From Vicugna vicugna (taxonomy: Eukaryota): 64,000 nucleotides of DNA. Below the pieces are notes generated by a model. The model was not told where the DNA came from. It saw only the letters and a program-made list of their open reading frames with translations, and made no database searches. The translations under genes and the position numbers were made by a program. Shown here piece by piece: positions 36,975-50,494 of this stretch (position 1 is its first letter; the number at the start of each line of letters is the position of its first letter). Where the stretch lies: assembly GCA_013265495.1 (NCBI GenBank), contig MU058213.1, positions 744,001-808,000 on the forward strand, written 5' to 3'.

Positions 36975-39900
36975 TCCTGGTTCTTGGTAATATGGAGTAA
37001 GCACTCCACTTTGTCTTTCCCACTGAATGCAACTATAAAACCTGGAAGGAATTTGAGGACTCTGAGAAGTAAACAGAGCAGGTGGATTGGGGAGGAAAAG
37101 CAGAATTTGAAGTATCTCCAAATTGACACTATCTTCCCCTCTGCTATTCACTGGCCTGAGCTCAAAGCAGCCTGACACTTAGGAGCGGGCACTGGTGATA
37201 ACAAAGAGCTCCAGGAGGAGCCCTCCAGTTGTGGCTCGAGGTGCTGAAGGGGGGTATCCTAATGCTCTGAGAGAGAGTGGAAATTGTTTTTCTTTTTTTG
37301 TCCTTTTCCTTTCTTTTTCTACCTTCTCTCATGTGCAAGCCCTAAACAATCCCATGGTGGTGGCAACAGGGTCCAGTAGGAATCTAAAACTCTTGAGAGA
37401 TGGGAACTTTCTTCAACTGGAGGAGCTGTGGCTCAAGAGGATGGGTGAACCCCACTTGCTCCATCCTCCCATCACTTGGCCCCACATGGGATATCTGCAG
37501 GAAGTATGCCACACAGTGAATTAAGTAAAAACCCAGTTTTCTGTCTGGAGGACCAAAGAGGGGGTCCTCAGTGATCTGGAAAGTACCAGGGGTATTATGG
37601 AGAGGGAGGAGCTTGGGAAAGTGACCCTTAAATTGTTTATGAGTTCCTGGGCACAACCATGAGCCCATGCATGGATCTGACCCTCAACAGCACACACCAA
37701 CTTTGAGGACTAAACTACGGGATTGAGCATCACCCAAGTTTCAGACTGCCCACAGTGTGACACACACAAGACAGAACCAAACAGCACTGCAAAAGCTTTG
37801 GAAACTGAACTGACATGGGAATCACAACCCCCAGAGGATGGTCAGAACTTGCAGCCTGAACCCGAATGGGTTGTTTATCTGATAAAATATCAACATTCTC
37901 CATAGGATTTAAAGACCCAATGTCTCCTAATATAATAATAAAAGTGTCCAGAATATAATTCAAAGTTATTTGGCATATGAAAACCAGGAAAATCTTAAGT
38001 CACATTAGACAAGACAATCAACAGATGTCAACTCTGAAATGACACAGATGTTAGAATCACCTGACAAAGATTTTAAAGAAGCTATACGAAAAATCCTCCA
38101 AAAAAGTAAAGACAAACTATCTTGAAGTAAATGGAAAGAGAGAAAAGTCTCTGAAAGGAAATATCTGTTTAAAAAATTGGAAATTTTCGAGCTGAAAAAT
38201 AAAATAATAGAAACGAACTCACTGAGTGAGCTCAACTGCCAAATAGAGACGGCAGAGAAAAGAGTCAGTGACCTTCAAGGGATCAATAGAATTTATCCAA
38301 TCTGAAGAGTACAGAGGGGAAAAAACTGAAACAAACAAACAAACAAAAACCCCCCCACAGAATTTTAGGGATAATGAAATAGTGAAAGATCTAACATTTG
38401 TGTCACTGAAGTTCTAGAAGGAAAGGAGAAAGTATTATGCAGACAAAATATTTGAAGAAATGGCTGAAAAATGTCCTGAATTTGGTGAGATGCACAAACC
38501 TACAGATTCATGAAGTCCAGGGAATCTCAAAGAGGCTAAACCTCAAAAAATCCACATCCAGACACATCAAAATAAAACTGTGGTAAACTAAACCCAAAGG
38601 AAAAAATCTGGAAGGCGGAGAAAGACTATGCATTATTTGCAGGGAAATAATAATTCAAATGACTGTGCATTTCTCATCAGAAACCATGGAGGCCAGAAAA
38701 AAGCAAAACATTTTTAAACTAAAAAAAAAAGGACTGTGAATCCAGCTGTCAGCAGCCTACAAAAATAGGCTTCATGAATGAAGGTGAAATGAAGACATTT
38801 TCAGATGAAAGAAAGTTAAGGGAATTTATTGCCAGTGAACCTGCTCTAAAAGGAAATTACTAAAATAATTTCCTCAGACAGAAGAGAAGTGATATCAAAA
38901 TGAGATATCAGGGGAAAAATGAGACTTGGAATATTAGAAATGAAGAAGTAACAGAAATGATAAATAACTGGGTAAATATAATAGAGTATTCTTCTACTGA
39001 GTCCTTTAAAACATGTTGGATGGTTTAAAACAAAAAATACAACATTGTCTAGGAATAGACTTACCATATGACCCAGGAATCCTGCTCTTGGGCATATATC
39101 CAGAAGGAACCCTACTTTAGGATAACACCTGAACCCCAATGTTCATAGCAGCACTATTTACAATAAGATCNNNNNNNNNNNNNNNNNNNNNNNNNNNNNN
39201 NNNNNNNNNNNNNNNNNNNAAGATGTGGTAATACAATGGAATACTATTCAGCCATTAAAAATGACAACATAACACCATTTGCAGCAACATGGATGTTCCT
39301 GGAGAATGTCATTCTAAGTGAAGTAAGCCAGAAAGAGAAAGAAAAGTACTATATGAGATTGCTCATATGTAGAATCTAAGAAAGAAAAAAAGAACATAAA
39401 TACAAAACAGAAACAGACTCACAGAGATAGAATACAAATTTGTGGCTGCCAAGGGGGATTGGGGGTGGGAAGGGATAGACTGGGAGTTCAAAATTTGTAG
39501 ATACTGACAAGCATATGTAGAATAGATAAACAAGATTATACTGTATAGCACAGGGAAATACATACAAGATCTTGTGGTAGCTCAGAGCAGAAAAAAAAAT
39601 GACAATAAATATATGTATGTTCATGTATAACTGAAAAATTGTCCTCTACACTGGAATTTGATACAACATTGTAAAATGACTATAACTCAATAAAAAATGT
39701 TTAAAAATATAACATTGTCTGGCAGAGTTTTTGGTGTATGTAGATGTAATACATAAGACAATTACAACATAAAGCAAAGAGGGGAAAGGGGCCTATGTGA
39801 TGATAAGGCTTCTAGATTCCACTTGGTGTGATAAGATACTGATTCTAAGTAGACTGAAAAAGGTAAGTATGCATACTGTAATTCCTAGAGCAACCACTAA

Positions 39901-41770
39901 AAAATGTACAGAGATATAGTGAAAACAGAATAGATAAATTTAAAAGGGGTACCAAAAATGTTCAAAGAACCCGAAAGAAGACAGAAACAGGAAATCAGAG
40001 AAATAAAAACCAGACGGAACAAAAAGAAAATAAAAAATAGTAGACTTAAATCTAAGTATATCAATAATTACATTAAATTAAAATGGTCTAAATACCCCAA
40101 TTAAGAAGCATATTGTCAGGCTGGATTAAAAAAAAAAAACAGGACCCAATATATTCTGCCTACAAGAAACTCACTTCAAATACGATACAGGTAAGTTAAA
40201 AGTAAAAGGATGCTAAAAGGTATACTATGAAAATATTGATCCAAATAAAAAATAGACTTTCAGACAAAGCAGACTTCAAAGTAGAGAAAACTATCAGGGA
40301 GGGATAAAGAGAGATTCTACATAATAAAAGGTGGCTCAACACACCAAGAACACATGACAATTCTTAACAAGTATGCACCTAAGAACAGGGTTTCAAAATA
40401 CATAAAGCAGTAACTTACAGATTGAAAGAAGAAATAGACAAATCCATAATTATAGTTGGAGACTTCAACACTCCTCTCAGCAATCAATAGAACTAACAGA
40501 CAGAAAATCAGCAAAGATATAGAAGAACTGAAAAACACCATCAACAAACTGGGTCTGCTTGACATTTACAGAACATTCTACCCAACAGCAGCAGAATAGA
40601 CATTCTTTTCATCTGCATTGGAACATTCACAAAAATAGACCATATTCTGGGTAATAAAAGTAAATATTAACACATTTAAAAACAATTGAAATCATACAAA
40701 GTTTTTTTTTAACGTAAAAATATGTATAAGTTTGTATTTTAAAAATAAACCTGCGAAAGTCTCAGGTAAAGTAGAATGGTTGGTAACTTTAGTAACATAA
40801 TCTACAGTATATTTTAATCTGTATGCACCTTAAGATTTTTTTTAAATTGTAGAAAACACATAACATAAAATTATCTTAACCATGTTAAGTGTATAGTACA
40901 GCAGTGTTAGCTATATGCACCATGTTGCGCAACTGATTCCCAGAACATTTTCACTTGGTAAAACTGAAACTCTATATCCATTGAATGAACAACTCCCCTT
41001 TTCTCTCTCTCCTCAGCCCCAGACAGCCACCATTCTACCTTCTGTTTCTAAGAGTTTGACAAAGTATGTCCTTTAACCACGTGAAATTAAACTAAAATTC
41101 AATAACAGAAAGGTAACAAGAAAGTCTCTGAACACTTGGAAATTAAACAACATACTTCTAAATGTGTTGGGTCCAAGAGTGACTCGAGGGAAATCAGAAA
41201 ATATTTTGAACTGAACAAAAATGAAAATACAACATATCAAAATTTGTGGGGTAGGGTTGAAGTAGTGCTTAGAGAGAAATGTGTAGTATTAAATGCTTAT
41301 GTTAGAAAAGAAAGGCCTCAGGGTCAGTGATACAAGCTTCTACTTCAGGAAACCAGAAGAAGAGAAAAATAAATGCAAAGGAGGCAGATGGAAGAAAATC
41401 ATAAAGACAGTAACAGAAATCAATTACACTTTAAAAATAAGACAAAAATCAACGAGACCAAAAACTGGGTCTTTTCAAAGTAAAATTGATACACCTCTAG
41501 CAAGACTGACCAAGGGAAAGAGAAGACACAGATTACCCAGGGAAGAGTGGAAGGGCGGGTAGAACCACACATTCTGCAGAAACTAAAAATAAGGAAATAT
41601 TCTGAACAGCTCTACACACATAAACTCCACAACTTTGATGAAGTGGATCAATTCTTTGAAAGCCAAAAACTACCAAAATGCATCTAAGATGAAATCTATA
41701 AACTGAATAATCCTACAACTATTAAAGAAACTGAATTCATAGTTGAAAACCTTCTGAAAAAGAAAAGCAA
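36975..41770 (+). mobile_element. Large old L1 (5'UTR, ORF1 and ORF2 endonuclease region, decayed), antisense to MYO5C, with nested insertions
   Basis: ATAATTATAGTTGGAGACTTCAACACTCCTCTC (IIVGDFNTPL, L1 EN) at ~40446; ORF2 remnant EIRKYFELNKNENTTYQNLW (41136-41330); ORF1-like remnants at 38.2-38.9 kb. Confidence 0.85.
39051..39702 (+). mobile_element. Younger 5'-truncated L1 nested in the old L1, 18-bp TSD; contains 49-N gap (39171-39219)
   Basis: TSD AAAAATACAACATTGTCT (39033-39050) / AAAAATATAACATTGTCT (39703-39720); AATAAA near 3' end; similar to the copy at 29556-30140. Confidence 0.85.
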
Positions 41771-43934
41771 GGATCTGTGGCGGCTGCCACTCCTGAGGCA
41801 CTGACGCATGCGTTTCTCCCGCTGCCATTCCACTTTCTCTTCCTAGCCCACCTCTCGAGGTTTCCCACTGCTCCTGGTGCGTCTCTGCAAGGGCCGATTC
41901 ACACCCTGCCCTCAGTTTTCCTTCATGGAGGCCTGTGTCCATCCCTCTAGTTCTCGATCAGCTGAAATCCTACCTGCCCTTCAAGACTGAAATCAGGGCC
42001 TTCTGTATTCATCCCAGATTCCTTCAGGCCAGCAAGCAATGCCTGCGCTCGGGCCACAGTATTCTGGCTCCACAGGCAAAGCAGCCACAGGGGAACTTGC
42101 TGTAAAAGTGCTATTGCAGAGATGGTGAGAGAAAGCTCCACGTGAGACCTTATTTTTATAGTTCATGACTAGAAACAGAAAAAATTAGGAACTAGGGAAA
42201 TTTTTTCTCTTCCCAGGAACTGGTCTGCCTTGCCATACCAGATGGGCTCAGAGAGCTGATGGAGTTTTGCTTTTCCTCCTGGCAGTCAGAAGGCTCTGAG
42301 CCAGTTTTCCAGCTACTCTGTCCACTGTTTATACTGTTCTTCAGCTTTGATCTCCTACTTGTGTTCATGTTCTGTTACTGGGCTGCCGTGCTGTCATGGC
42401 AAAGCCACTGCAAATCCTGGTGTGCTGTGTTTACAGCAGGAGCTCAATCAATATCTGAATGAACACATGCCTCTAAAATGCACGTGCTGAAACTCAGAGC
42501 AACACCCTGGAAGGGCGGCGCTACCCTGGTGGCCACTTTCAGCTGGTGAGAGGAGAAAGGACTGGGCACCTACGGGGACAGATGGGGTTTTCCCTGTAAG
42601 CAGGTGCTGTGGGTTCTGGAGTTGTGCATCTTGCTCGAGTCCCTGTTCACTCACCTTGGGGGACCTACTGGTGGAACGAGAGTTATTTAGCACAGACTCT
42701 GGTGGCCCATGCAGGTTTATAGCTTTACTTAAAGGAGGCCAGAAGCCTACTTCAGAGGCCTACAGGGCATCTGCTCAGGGCTTGGAAAATTAACAGAACT
42801 CTTTCCTTTCTCAATGAAGAGGAAAGGTCCACAAAGCACGGTGCTTCTGACTATCCCCTCATTTCTGAAAATCACAACCGTCTGTCAAGGGAATTTGCGA
42901 CACTGGTTTGTAGGGAGGTCTAACTCCAAGCTTCACTAACACTAAAAAGATGTAACGGATGCCTCACATTTATTTCTTGGCTCAATACACCCTTTCTGTC
43001 ATTTTCTCTTATCTCACTGCCATCATCACTGCCCCAGGTTCTCCTATCACATACAGGTATCAAATCCCTGTACGTATTAGAAAAATCTTGAATATCTACC
43101 CCATACTATATGCTCTCTAATCATGTGACAGTGTTCATTCAAACAACAGCTCATGGTCCATGTTTCCTCAATTTAGAGATAAAGAGAAGTCCACAGCTCA
43201 AAACTGTGGATCATCACTTCCTCAGGATGGACTCTCAGGGCCTTAGCCTGGCATCCCAGAGCCTCCCAGTCTGGGCCCAACTTGCCCCTCAACTATGGCC
43301 TTGCTGCTCCTGACACAAACCTCTGCTTCATCTAGACCGAGCTGTGTGCTCTTGCTGAGGAGGGTCCTCACTCAGCTCCACCACTGCCTTGGCCCACTCA
43401 TTCCCCTGCCTGGAATGCTCTTCTCCCATATTCAGTCAGTCACACACAGTTTTCAGGCTTCTTCAACTTTTCTGTCCACAATAATCTCTCCTCTCTGAAG
43501 CACTTCCTGCACCACTTGTTTGCGGTTTAATCACAGCGGCCTTGAATCATCATTTAGCTTCTCAATAGCAGGGATCAAATCGCCCTTTCCTTTGTTTCCT
43601 GTGTCCCCCACCAGCAGTGTTAGTCACAGAGGTGGTGGTCAATACATATTAGTTGAGTATATGATAGACACAGAGGGACAGAATTTAAAATACACACTTA
43701 TGAGTTCCCAGTTGAAGCCACTCTGTCGGAGCATCAAGTTAGCATCGTGCAGAGTGGTGGGAGGAGTGCCTGGGCATCAGAGGACCCACATCTCCAGGTG
43801 TTGAGAGTCATCCTGCATACTCTGCATACCCAGTGCAGCTCTTGTGGAGGGAGGGGCAGGACTGTGGCCCAGGACTTGAAGAGCATCCTTTCCAGCCAGC
43901 CTCTCCAGGGTTGGTGCTAGTTTATGGGTCTTAC

Positions 43935-44217
43935 CTTATCTGCATCCCTTTTCTGCATGAGCACATATCCTTGCGCAGGAAGAGGCTGTTGAGGGTGACC
44001 GCCCCGATCAGGAAGAAGAGCTGCTTCACTGCCTGCCTCACGATCTCGGGGTCCAGGCCGTTCTGGCACATGGTGCTGTAGAAGTAGCTCAGCTGCTGCA
44101 GGATGGATGTCATCGTGTAGGCGTCCGTGTCATCTATGCTGGATGATCGCTTCCGGAAGCCTGTGGGCTTCAGGCCGGAAATGCCCTGCAGACTCTCAAA
44201 CTCCAGCATGCCGGGCA
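43935..44217 (-). CDS. MYO5C: MYO5C exon (V)[26 protein letters not shown]...[14 protein letters not shown](R)
   Basis: Myosin V globular tail incl. RKRSSS motif; 283 nt, phase 1 in, 2 out. Confidence 0.97.
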
Positions 44218-44844
44218 CTAGGGGGAAAATGGAAGCTTTTCTTGCACACACGGTGGGGACACCCAGAGGACATGTCCACTGCACTTGTGTGTCTGTTTCA
44301 GGAGGTGGGACATTTTCCACCTGTATTTGTGACAGAGAAAGCAGAAGAATGGAGGTTGGGGGGCCCAGGGGTGTGAGGCGGATGGGGGCACACAGCTGTC
44401 TACAGCAGGGTGTGGAGAACCTCTTCTTTCAATTTCACAGGAGACAGAGGCGGTTAGCATGACAACTTATGGTCTGGAACCATTTAAAGCCTGAAGTATT
44501 TAAATTTCAGAAAATTGAAGAACATATATAAGAATTTGAATGGGTCTTTAGAATTTCAAAAATACGTGACTAAGAACCAGGATTAGCCACACGAGGAGCA
44601 GCAATTCTCCCAAGTCTTTCCCTTCAGGGTGAATCCCCCTTACAGAAAGAAAACTGTGACCCAGGTACTTTCATATATATAATCATTTCAAGCAAACAAA
44701 TGATTAAAAAATATACATTTTCACTATTAAAATTTGATTTAAAATTGTGTTCTTTGTAACCATACATTTTTATACACCAGACTTATTTTTTTAAGGTTAT
44801 CGACGTTAATATAAATATTTCTTGGGCATCAATTCTTTTCTTAC

Positions 44845-44995
44845 CTATTATTGGCTGAATGTTATTTTCCATTACAATAATGAACTGATGGTATATTCGG
44901 ATAGCCACATCACTAAGAATCTGTCTGTATTCTGAAAGGTCAAAATTGTTCAAGCAGTTCTTATTCTGATGTGGGCTGTTATGCTTCATGAACTC
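44845..44995 (-). CDS. MYO5C: MYO5C exon [50 protein letters not shown]
   Basis: Conserved [13 protein letters not shown] motif; 151 nt; tttcAG / GTAAGA. Confidence 0.97.
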
Positions 44996-45166
44996 CTGAA
45001 AGTAATTTTGAGCATAGAAATATCAGAATAAAATTAAAATTCTATCTCTACTAAAGATATCATAATCAGCTTCTATTATAACTCCTACACTTTGCAAATT
45101 AATGTTTGATTTGTATCAAATGAGTTCTTGATGTTCAGGGTGGCATTTATTTTCTATAACTAACTA

Positions 45167-45368
45167 CAGTTGACCCTTGAATGACACAGTTTGAACTGCA
45201 TGAGTCCACTTGTATGTGGATTTTTTTCAGTACATACGCACTACAGTACTACATGACCTGCAGTTGGTTGAATCTGAGGATGTGGATCTGGGGATGTGGA
45301 GGGCCGAATGTAAAGTTATCTACTGAGGGTAGGCGCCCCTAACCCCCACATTGCTCAAGGGTCAACTG
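45167..45368. mobile_element. Tigger2/MER8-type MITE
   Basis: Perfect 14-bp TIRs CAGTTGACCCTTGA / TCAAGGGTCAACTG with TA on both sides. Confidence 0.85.
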
Positions 45369-45589
45369 TAAGTATTACTGTATTGTTTACTTCCCCTCCA
45401 AACATGTGCCCCCTCTCCCCGCCCCAAGCCTATAGACTACAGTGGAAAACAACTTCCACGGAAGCTCACAGGAAAACTGCACAGCCCCCAAGAAAACAAA
45501 CCGCTGTAAGAAGTCAGTAGATGCAATAAATGAGATTCATAACTTTATAGTCACAGAGTGTAGATCAATCTGAAATGTTTTCAAATGTG

Positions 45590-45992
45590 TGCTATGGACT
45601 GAATATTTGTGTCCTGCCCCTAGATCTGTATATTGAAGCGTTAACCTCCAGGATGGCTATATTTGGAGATGGGGCCTCCAAGGAAGTAATTAGGGTTAAA
45701 TAGGGTCATAAGGGAGGGGCCCTGATCAGACAGGATTAGTGTCCTTACAAAAGGAGACGCGAGAAAGCTCAGTCTCGCCCTCTCCAACCCCATGCACTGA
45801 GGAAAGGCCATGCGAGAACATATGAGAAGGTGGCTACCTGCAAGCCAAGAAGTGAGCTTTCACCAGTGGCCCAACCATGCTGGCACCCTGACCTCAGACT
45901 TCTAGCCTCCAGAATTACGAGAAAACAAACTTCTGTGGGTTAGGCCACCCAGTCTGTGGTATTTTGTTACAGCAGCCCAAGCAGACTAATAC
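45590..45992 (+). mobile_element. MaLR solo LTR (MLT1A-like)
   Basis: TGCTATGGACTGAATATTTGTGTCC...GCAGCCCAAGCAGACTAATACA. Confidence 0.8.
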
Positions 45993-47488
45993 AGGATGGT
46001 TAACATGTTTGAAGAGATAAAAGAAAAAGAAAACATTATGACAAGAATAGGACATTAAAATAAGAAGCAGAGGTGAAAAAGAACTGTTGACATTTTAGAT
46101 ATAAAAATATAGTAATTAAAAAGACACACAGGGACAACAATATTGTATACATGGCTGAAGGGGGCAAATAAAAGATTTAAAAAATGGTATTAAACAGTAT
46201 TGTCTTCCATGAATGCCCCACAAGTGCCAGTTTGTCTTACATGGACTGGTCTGTGACCCCACTTTGGTATTCCTTTTAGTCAGAGGCTGGATTTTCTTTA
46301 CTTATTTCTCCTTTTGTCCTATGAGTAGAAATAGGATTACTTCTACATTTTATTTTACTTTCCATTGGGACATTTGGCTACCCATGGAAAAGAAGATATG
46401 AGATCATTACCTCACATGTCAGTTGGGGGTAGGTAAATAATCACACCAATTTTGGATAAAATCCTAACTGTGAACTCTAAATTTGAATTACAAATTTAGA
46501 AGAGAGAGAATAATTTCATGAACTCAGAGCAGGGAAGAATTTCTTGAATAAGACACTAAGACATATATTAAATCATAAAAGGACAGAATTGATAGATTTA
46601 AGTACAACAAGCTTCAAAAACTGTGTATGACAATGGACTCCATAAAGAAAGTTAGAAGATAAGCCACAATCTATCTATAATATGTAAAGACCTCCTACAA
46701 ATCAATAAGAAAAAAAATCACTCCAAGAAAAATGAAGAATGGATGTGAGTAGGCAATTTAAAAGGCAACCCAGGTGAGCAGTAAGCAAATGAAATGATGC
46801 TTGACCTCACAGATGATCAATTCACAGCAATTTTAGTCAACAAGGTATCATTTGATGATCATGAAATCAGTAAATTATAAAATGTCTATCAATACCCAGG
46901 TTGGTAAAGGTCTGGGACACTGAACCTTCATACATTATTACTGGGACTATAAAATGGTATAACCATTTTGGAGAGCAGTGAAAATCCTAAAAGCCTTTTC
47001 TATTTTAGGTAAATGAAATTTTGCTCTGTGAGTACTTGAAGAGGGAGAACTTCTTGATGAGGTCAGTCTCTTGAAAGCAGAGCCAGGAGGGCAAAGGATT
47101 TATAAATTATGGAGGAAACAATCAGAATCTTGTAGAGAGAACAGCTATGAAGAAACAGGCATGTTGAACTAAAGGTTGTATTTTAGAGCCATAATATTAA
47201 AACTTCAGAATTTGACAACCAAAGGGAAACTTTAAAAAATCACTGAATCCACCTCATGGATTTTTAAGTCAAGGAAACTGAGGCTAGTAGCATGCCCAAG
47301 GTCTAAGCCTCTTTCTCAAAGTCTCTTGCCTGTGACTTCCATCCAAACAGATGTGAATTTGGCCTCCCAAGTGGGAAGGAAACCAGAAAGGCATTTGGAG
47401 CAGGGGCTGTCCCTGGAGCTGGGTGTTTCCGTTCCTAGCGGTGAGACCGGCAGTCTGCACAGAACACAGAGCAGGCGAGCGTTCCTAC

Positions 47489-47578
47489 CTCTTCTCCACT
47501 GTACTGCTTCAGGCAATTGAGGAAATGACAAGTGTTGGAAAGCCAAAATGACAGCATCTCAAAGTCTTCTAAATGTTC
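47489..47578 (-). CDS. MYO5C: MYO5C exon [30 protein letters not shown]
   Basis: Conserved FWLSNT..L..LKQYSG motif; 90 nt, phase 0/0. Confidence 0.96.
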
Positions 47579-48469
47579 CTTAAAAAACAAAAAACCAAGA
47601 AAAGGCAAAGTTGAATTTGGTGATTACTCTGAACCAAGAACAGACATATTTTACCTGTTTGGTTAGCTGGTGGCTTTTGACCAAAATGAACTCCTCTTTT
47701 ATTCACTAGAGCCTTTGTTAAGTTTAAACTACAAAGATAAGCTCATATTTAGTTAGCGGGTTATAGTTTGCGAAGTATTTCTGTGCAGGTTATGACATTT
47801 GAAGCAGGTGCTCCAGGAACGCCTGGGAAATGTAAGTCTCGGTCCCTGCCCTCCAAAGCTCACAATCTGACCGGGGAGATGGACGGACGTGACACATGTA
47901 AGTACACAGGTAAATAGGTGGCCGAGTGCCTATATGATGGGGAACCAGGGCAGCTGAGGACACCTCAGAAGAGAGGTGGGAGGATGTCCCCCTTGAAGGA
48001 AAGGGTAGACAGACAAGAGCTCAAGCTTAAGGATTCTGTTGGCAATAACTCCCTCAACTTATGGGGCTGGAAGAAGAAGAACAAGCACAGGAGGCAAAGG
48101 GACAGTGATCAGAGAGGTGAGAGGAAAGTGAGAAAGTGATGGGATTTGAAAGACAAGGTCAGAGGGTTTCAAAGAGATGGTGCTACCAGATCAGTCCATT
48201 TAAAGAAAATAAAAATTACGGGAATACCATTGGATTCAGCACGAGGAACTACTGGTTATCCTTCCGTGGAGTGACAGGGGAAGAAGTCAGATTGCAAGGA
48301 GTGAAAGAGAACTGGGGACAACTATTTTAAGTACTTTGGCACAGATCAGTCAAAGAAAATAAAAATTACGGGAATACCATTGGATTCAGCACGAGGAACT
48401 ACTGGTTATCCTTCCGTGGAGTGACAGGGGAAGAAGTCAGATTGCAAGGAGTGAAAGAGAAGAGAACTG

Positions 48470-48747
48470 NNNNNNNNNNNNNNNNNNNNNNNNNNNNNNN
48501 NNNNNNNNNNNNNNNNNNNNNNNNNNNNNNNNNNNNNNNNNNNNNNNNNNNNNNNNNNNNNNNNNNNNNNNNNNNNNNNNNNNNNNNNNNNNNNNNNNNN
48601 NNNNNNNNNNNNNNNNNNNNNNNNNNNNNNNNNNNNNNNNNNNNNNNNNNNNNNNNNNNNNNNNNNNNNNNNNNNNNNNNNNNNNNNNNNNNNNNNNNNN
48701 NNNNNNNNNNNNNNNNNNNNNNNNNNNNNNNNNNNNNNNNNNNNNNN
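48470..48747. other. Assembly gap (278 N)
   Basis: Run of N. Confidence 1.
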
Positions 48748-48949
48748 ACCCCTAGGGCTCTCTGCCCTAAGGTGCTTTTCCTAACAGCGTGGCTGGCTGC
48801 TTTCACTGGTGGGTCCTCAGGCTGGTTTGGGGAATCACGTGGTTAACCTAGGAAGGTTAATCCTCGTAAGTAATGTGGAGCACAGCAGGGATATGAAAGC
48901 AACAGAAGAGGTTGCTCCTGCCTTCAGGGTCAATGTCAAAGGTTCCTAC

Positions 48950-49104
48950 CTTAACCACCTGCTTGATGCCATTAACGGTGCTGTTCATGAGGGACTTGAG
49001 CATGCTGGCGTCATTGAGAGAGTCTGCGTAGCGCACACACATGAACAGGATGTGAGCTGGAAGCCCGGGGATCATGTTCACCACCACACCACGGGGCTTC
49101 AGGT
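48950..49104 (-). CDS. MYO5C: MYO5C exon (D)[51 protein letters not shown]
   Basis: Conserved [15 protein letters not shown] motif; 155 nt, phase 1 in, 0 out. Confidence 0.97.
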
Positions 49105-50109
49105 CTGGAGCAGAGAGAGTCGATGAGGATTACAGCTGACGGTCAGCTCTCCCCTGGGGAACCTCTGACTATGGAACAGGGGTTGTCTGCTTTATTGTAC
49201 TTGATGCAGTGCCCAGATGCATTGGGGTGCCTGTCTTTTTGAGGAATTCAGTCTGGCTCTTTTCTTGGCAAAAATAGACATAAAGGTATCACCTGCTCCT
49301 CTTACTTCTCACTTGCCAAGTGCTTTTTCTTTTTTAAGTTGAATAAAAGACAGAATTTGTGTTCCTCCCTGGTGTGAAGACCCTGGATTTCAGATCTCTA
49401 AGGTAAGAGAGGAACCCCAGTTCCATGCACCCCATGTCAGCCTCTATGATGAGGATGGAGTAAGACCTCAGCGGTCACTTGCACCCGTCTTGAATAGAGA
49501 AAGCAGGCACACAACAGTCCTGCAGAGGAGGACTAGCGGGTCTGAAGGTGAAGAGGATGGCAGGGAGACAGAGTGGGGATGAAGAAAAGAGAGAAACTAT
49601 AGGACAAGGTAAGACCGGCAAACAAAGACCTCCCAGTACCCGCATTAAGACGGGGGAACAAAGAGGCCCCTGTGCTCCAGCAGGGGTAGAGAGGAAAGGG
49701 TAGGGGCTGACGTGCTCTGAAGGGAGCCGCTTAGGAGAAGAGGAGTAAGGCTACACATGGGAGTTTTGCTTTGAGATTCTGGGACCAGCTGATAGGGAGA
49801 CAGCTTTTCTCTTACTTTCTGGAAAACCACGTGGTTTTCACACTGAAGACAGTCTAGCAAGATTGGTTCTAAGACCACCAACCCTGAAGCATGCACATTG
49901 GGAAACTCCTGTGACTGAGGTGCAGCTGGGAAGCCCCCATCATGCCGCCTGAAGTAACTGCTCAGCAGAAGTCAAATGGAGCACGGGGGCCACAACGACC
50001 CCTCTCTTGGCTGATGTGCTGAGACGCAAAGGTGAGGAGATGTGTCCTCTACACAGACCGTGTGACTGGACTTGGGAAGAGGTTACGGCAGTGCATATCA
50101 GCTGAAGGC

Positions 50110-50285
50110 AGGACACCCCCAGACGGCATCTGGCAACGTCTGGGGGCGTTTTCATGATCATGACTAGGGGTTGCTACTGGCTTCCAGAGAACAGAAGCCA
50201 ATGATACTGTGCAACATCCTACAAGACAAAGGCCCCCAAAGAAAGAATTATCTGGTCAACAGTGGTGAGGCCAAGAAACTCTGTG
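50110..50285. mobile_element. MER20-like hAT MITE
   Basis: TGGCAACGTCTGG...TGCTACTGGC...AACATCCTACAA...AAAGAATTATCTGG...AGAAACTCTG. Confidence 0.55.
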
Positions 50286-50395
50286 CTAGGCGGAGAAGCA
50301 GTGGAGGAAGAAGAGGGACTGCTCCGGCCCAGGACGGCGGCAACAACTGATGCTCATTTCCCAAAGCAACAATTCAGAGTTCCAGGTTTCACTAC

Positions 50396-50494
50396 CAAGA
50401 ATGAGATTTTGAATGAGCTTGGCCTCATCTTCTCTCTTGTATTCCAGCATTCCAAGGTACTCCCTGGGTCCCGAGGACAGGTGCACATCATTGG
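50396..50494 (-). CDS. MYO5C: MYO5C exon (A)NDVHLSSGPREYLGMLEYKREDEAKLIQNLIL
   Basis: Start of globular tail (GMLEY..EDE.KLI.NLI); 99 nt, phase 1/1. Confidence 0.95.

Noticed and set aside
48399..48846. ORFs of 135 and 141 aa
   Set aside because: Artefacts of translating through Ns
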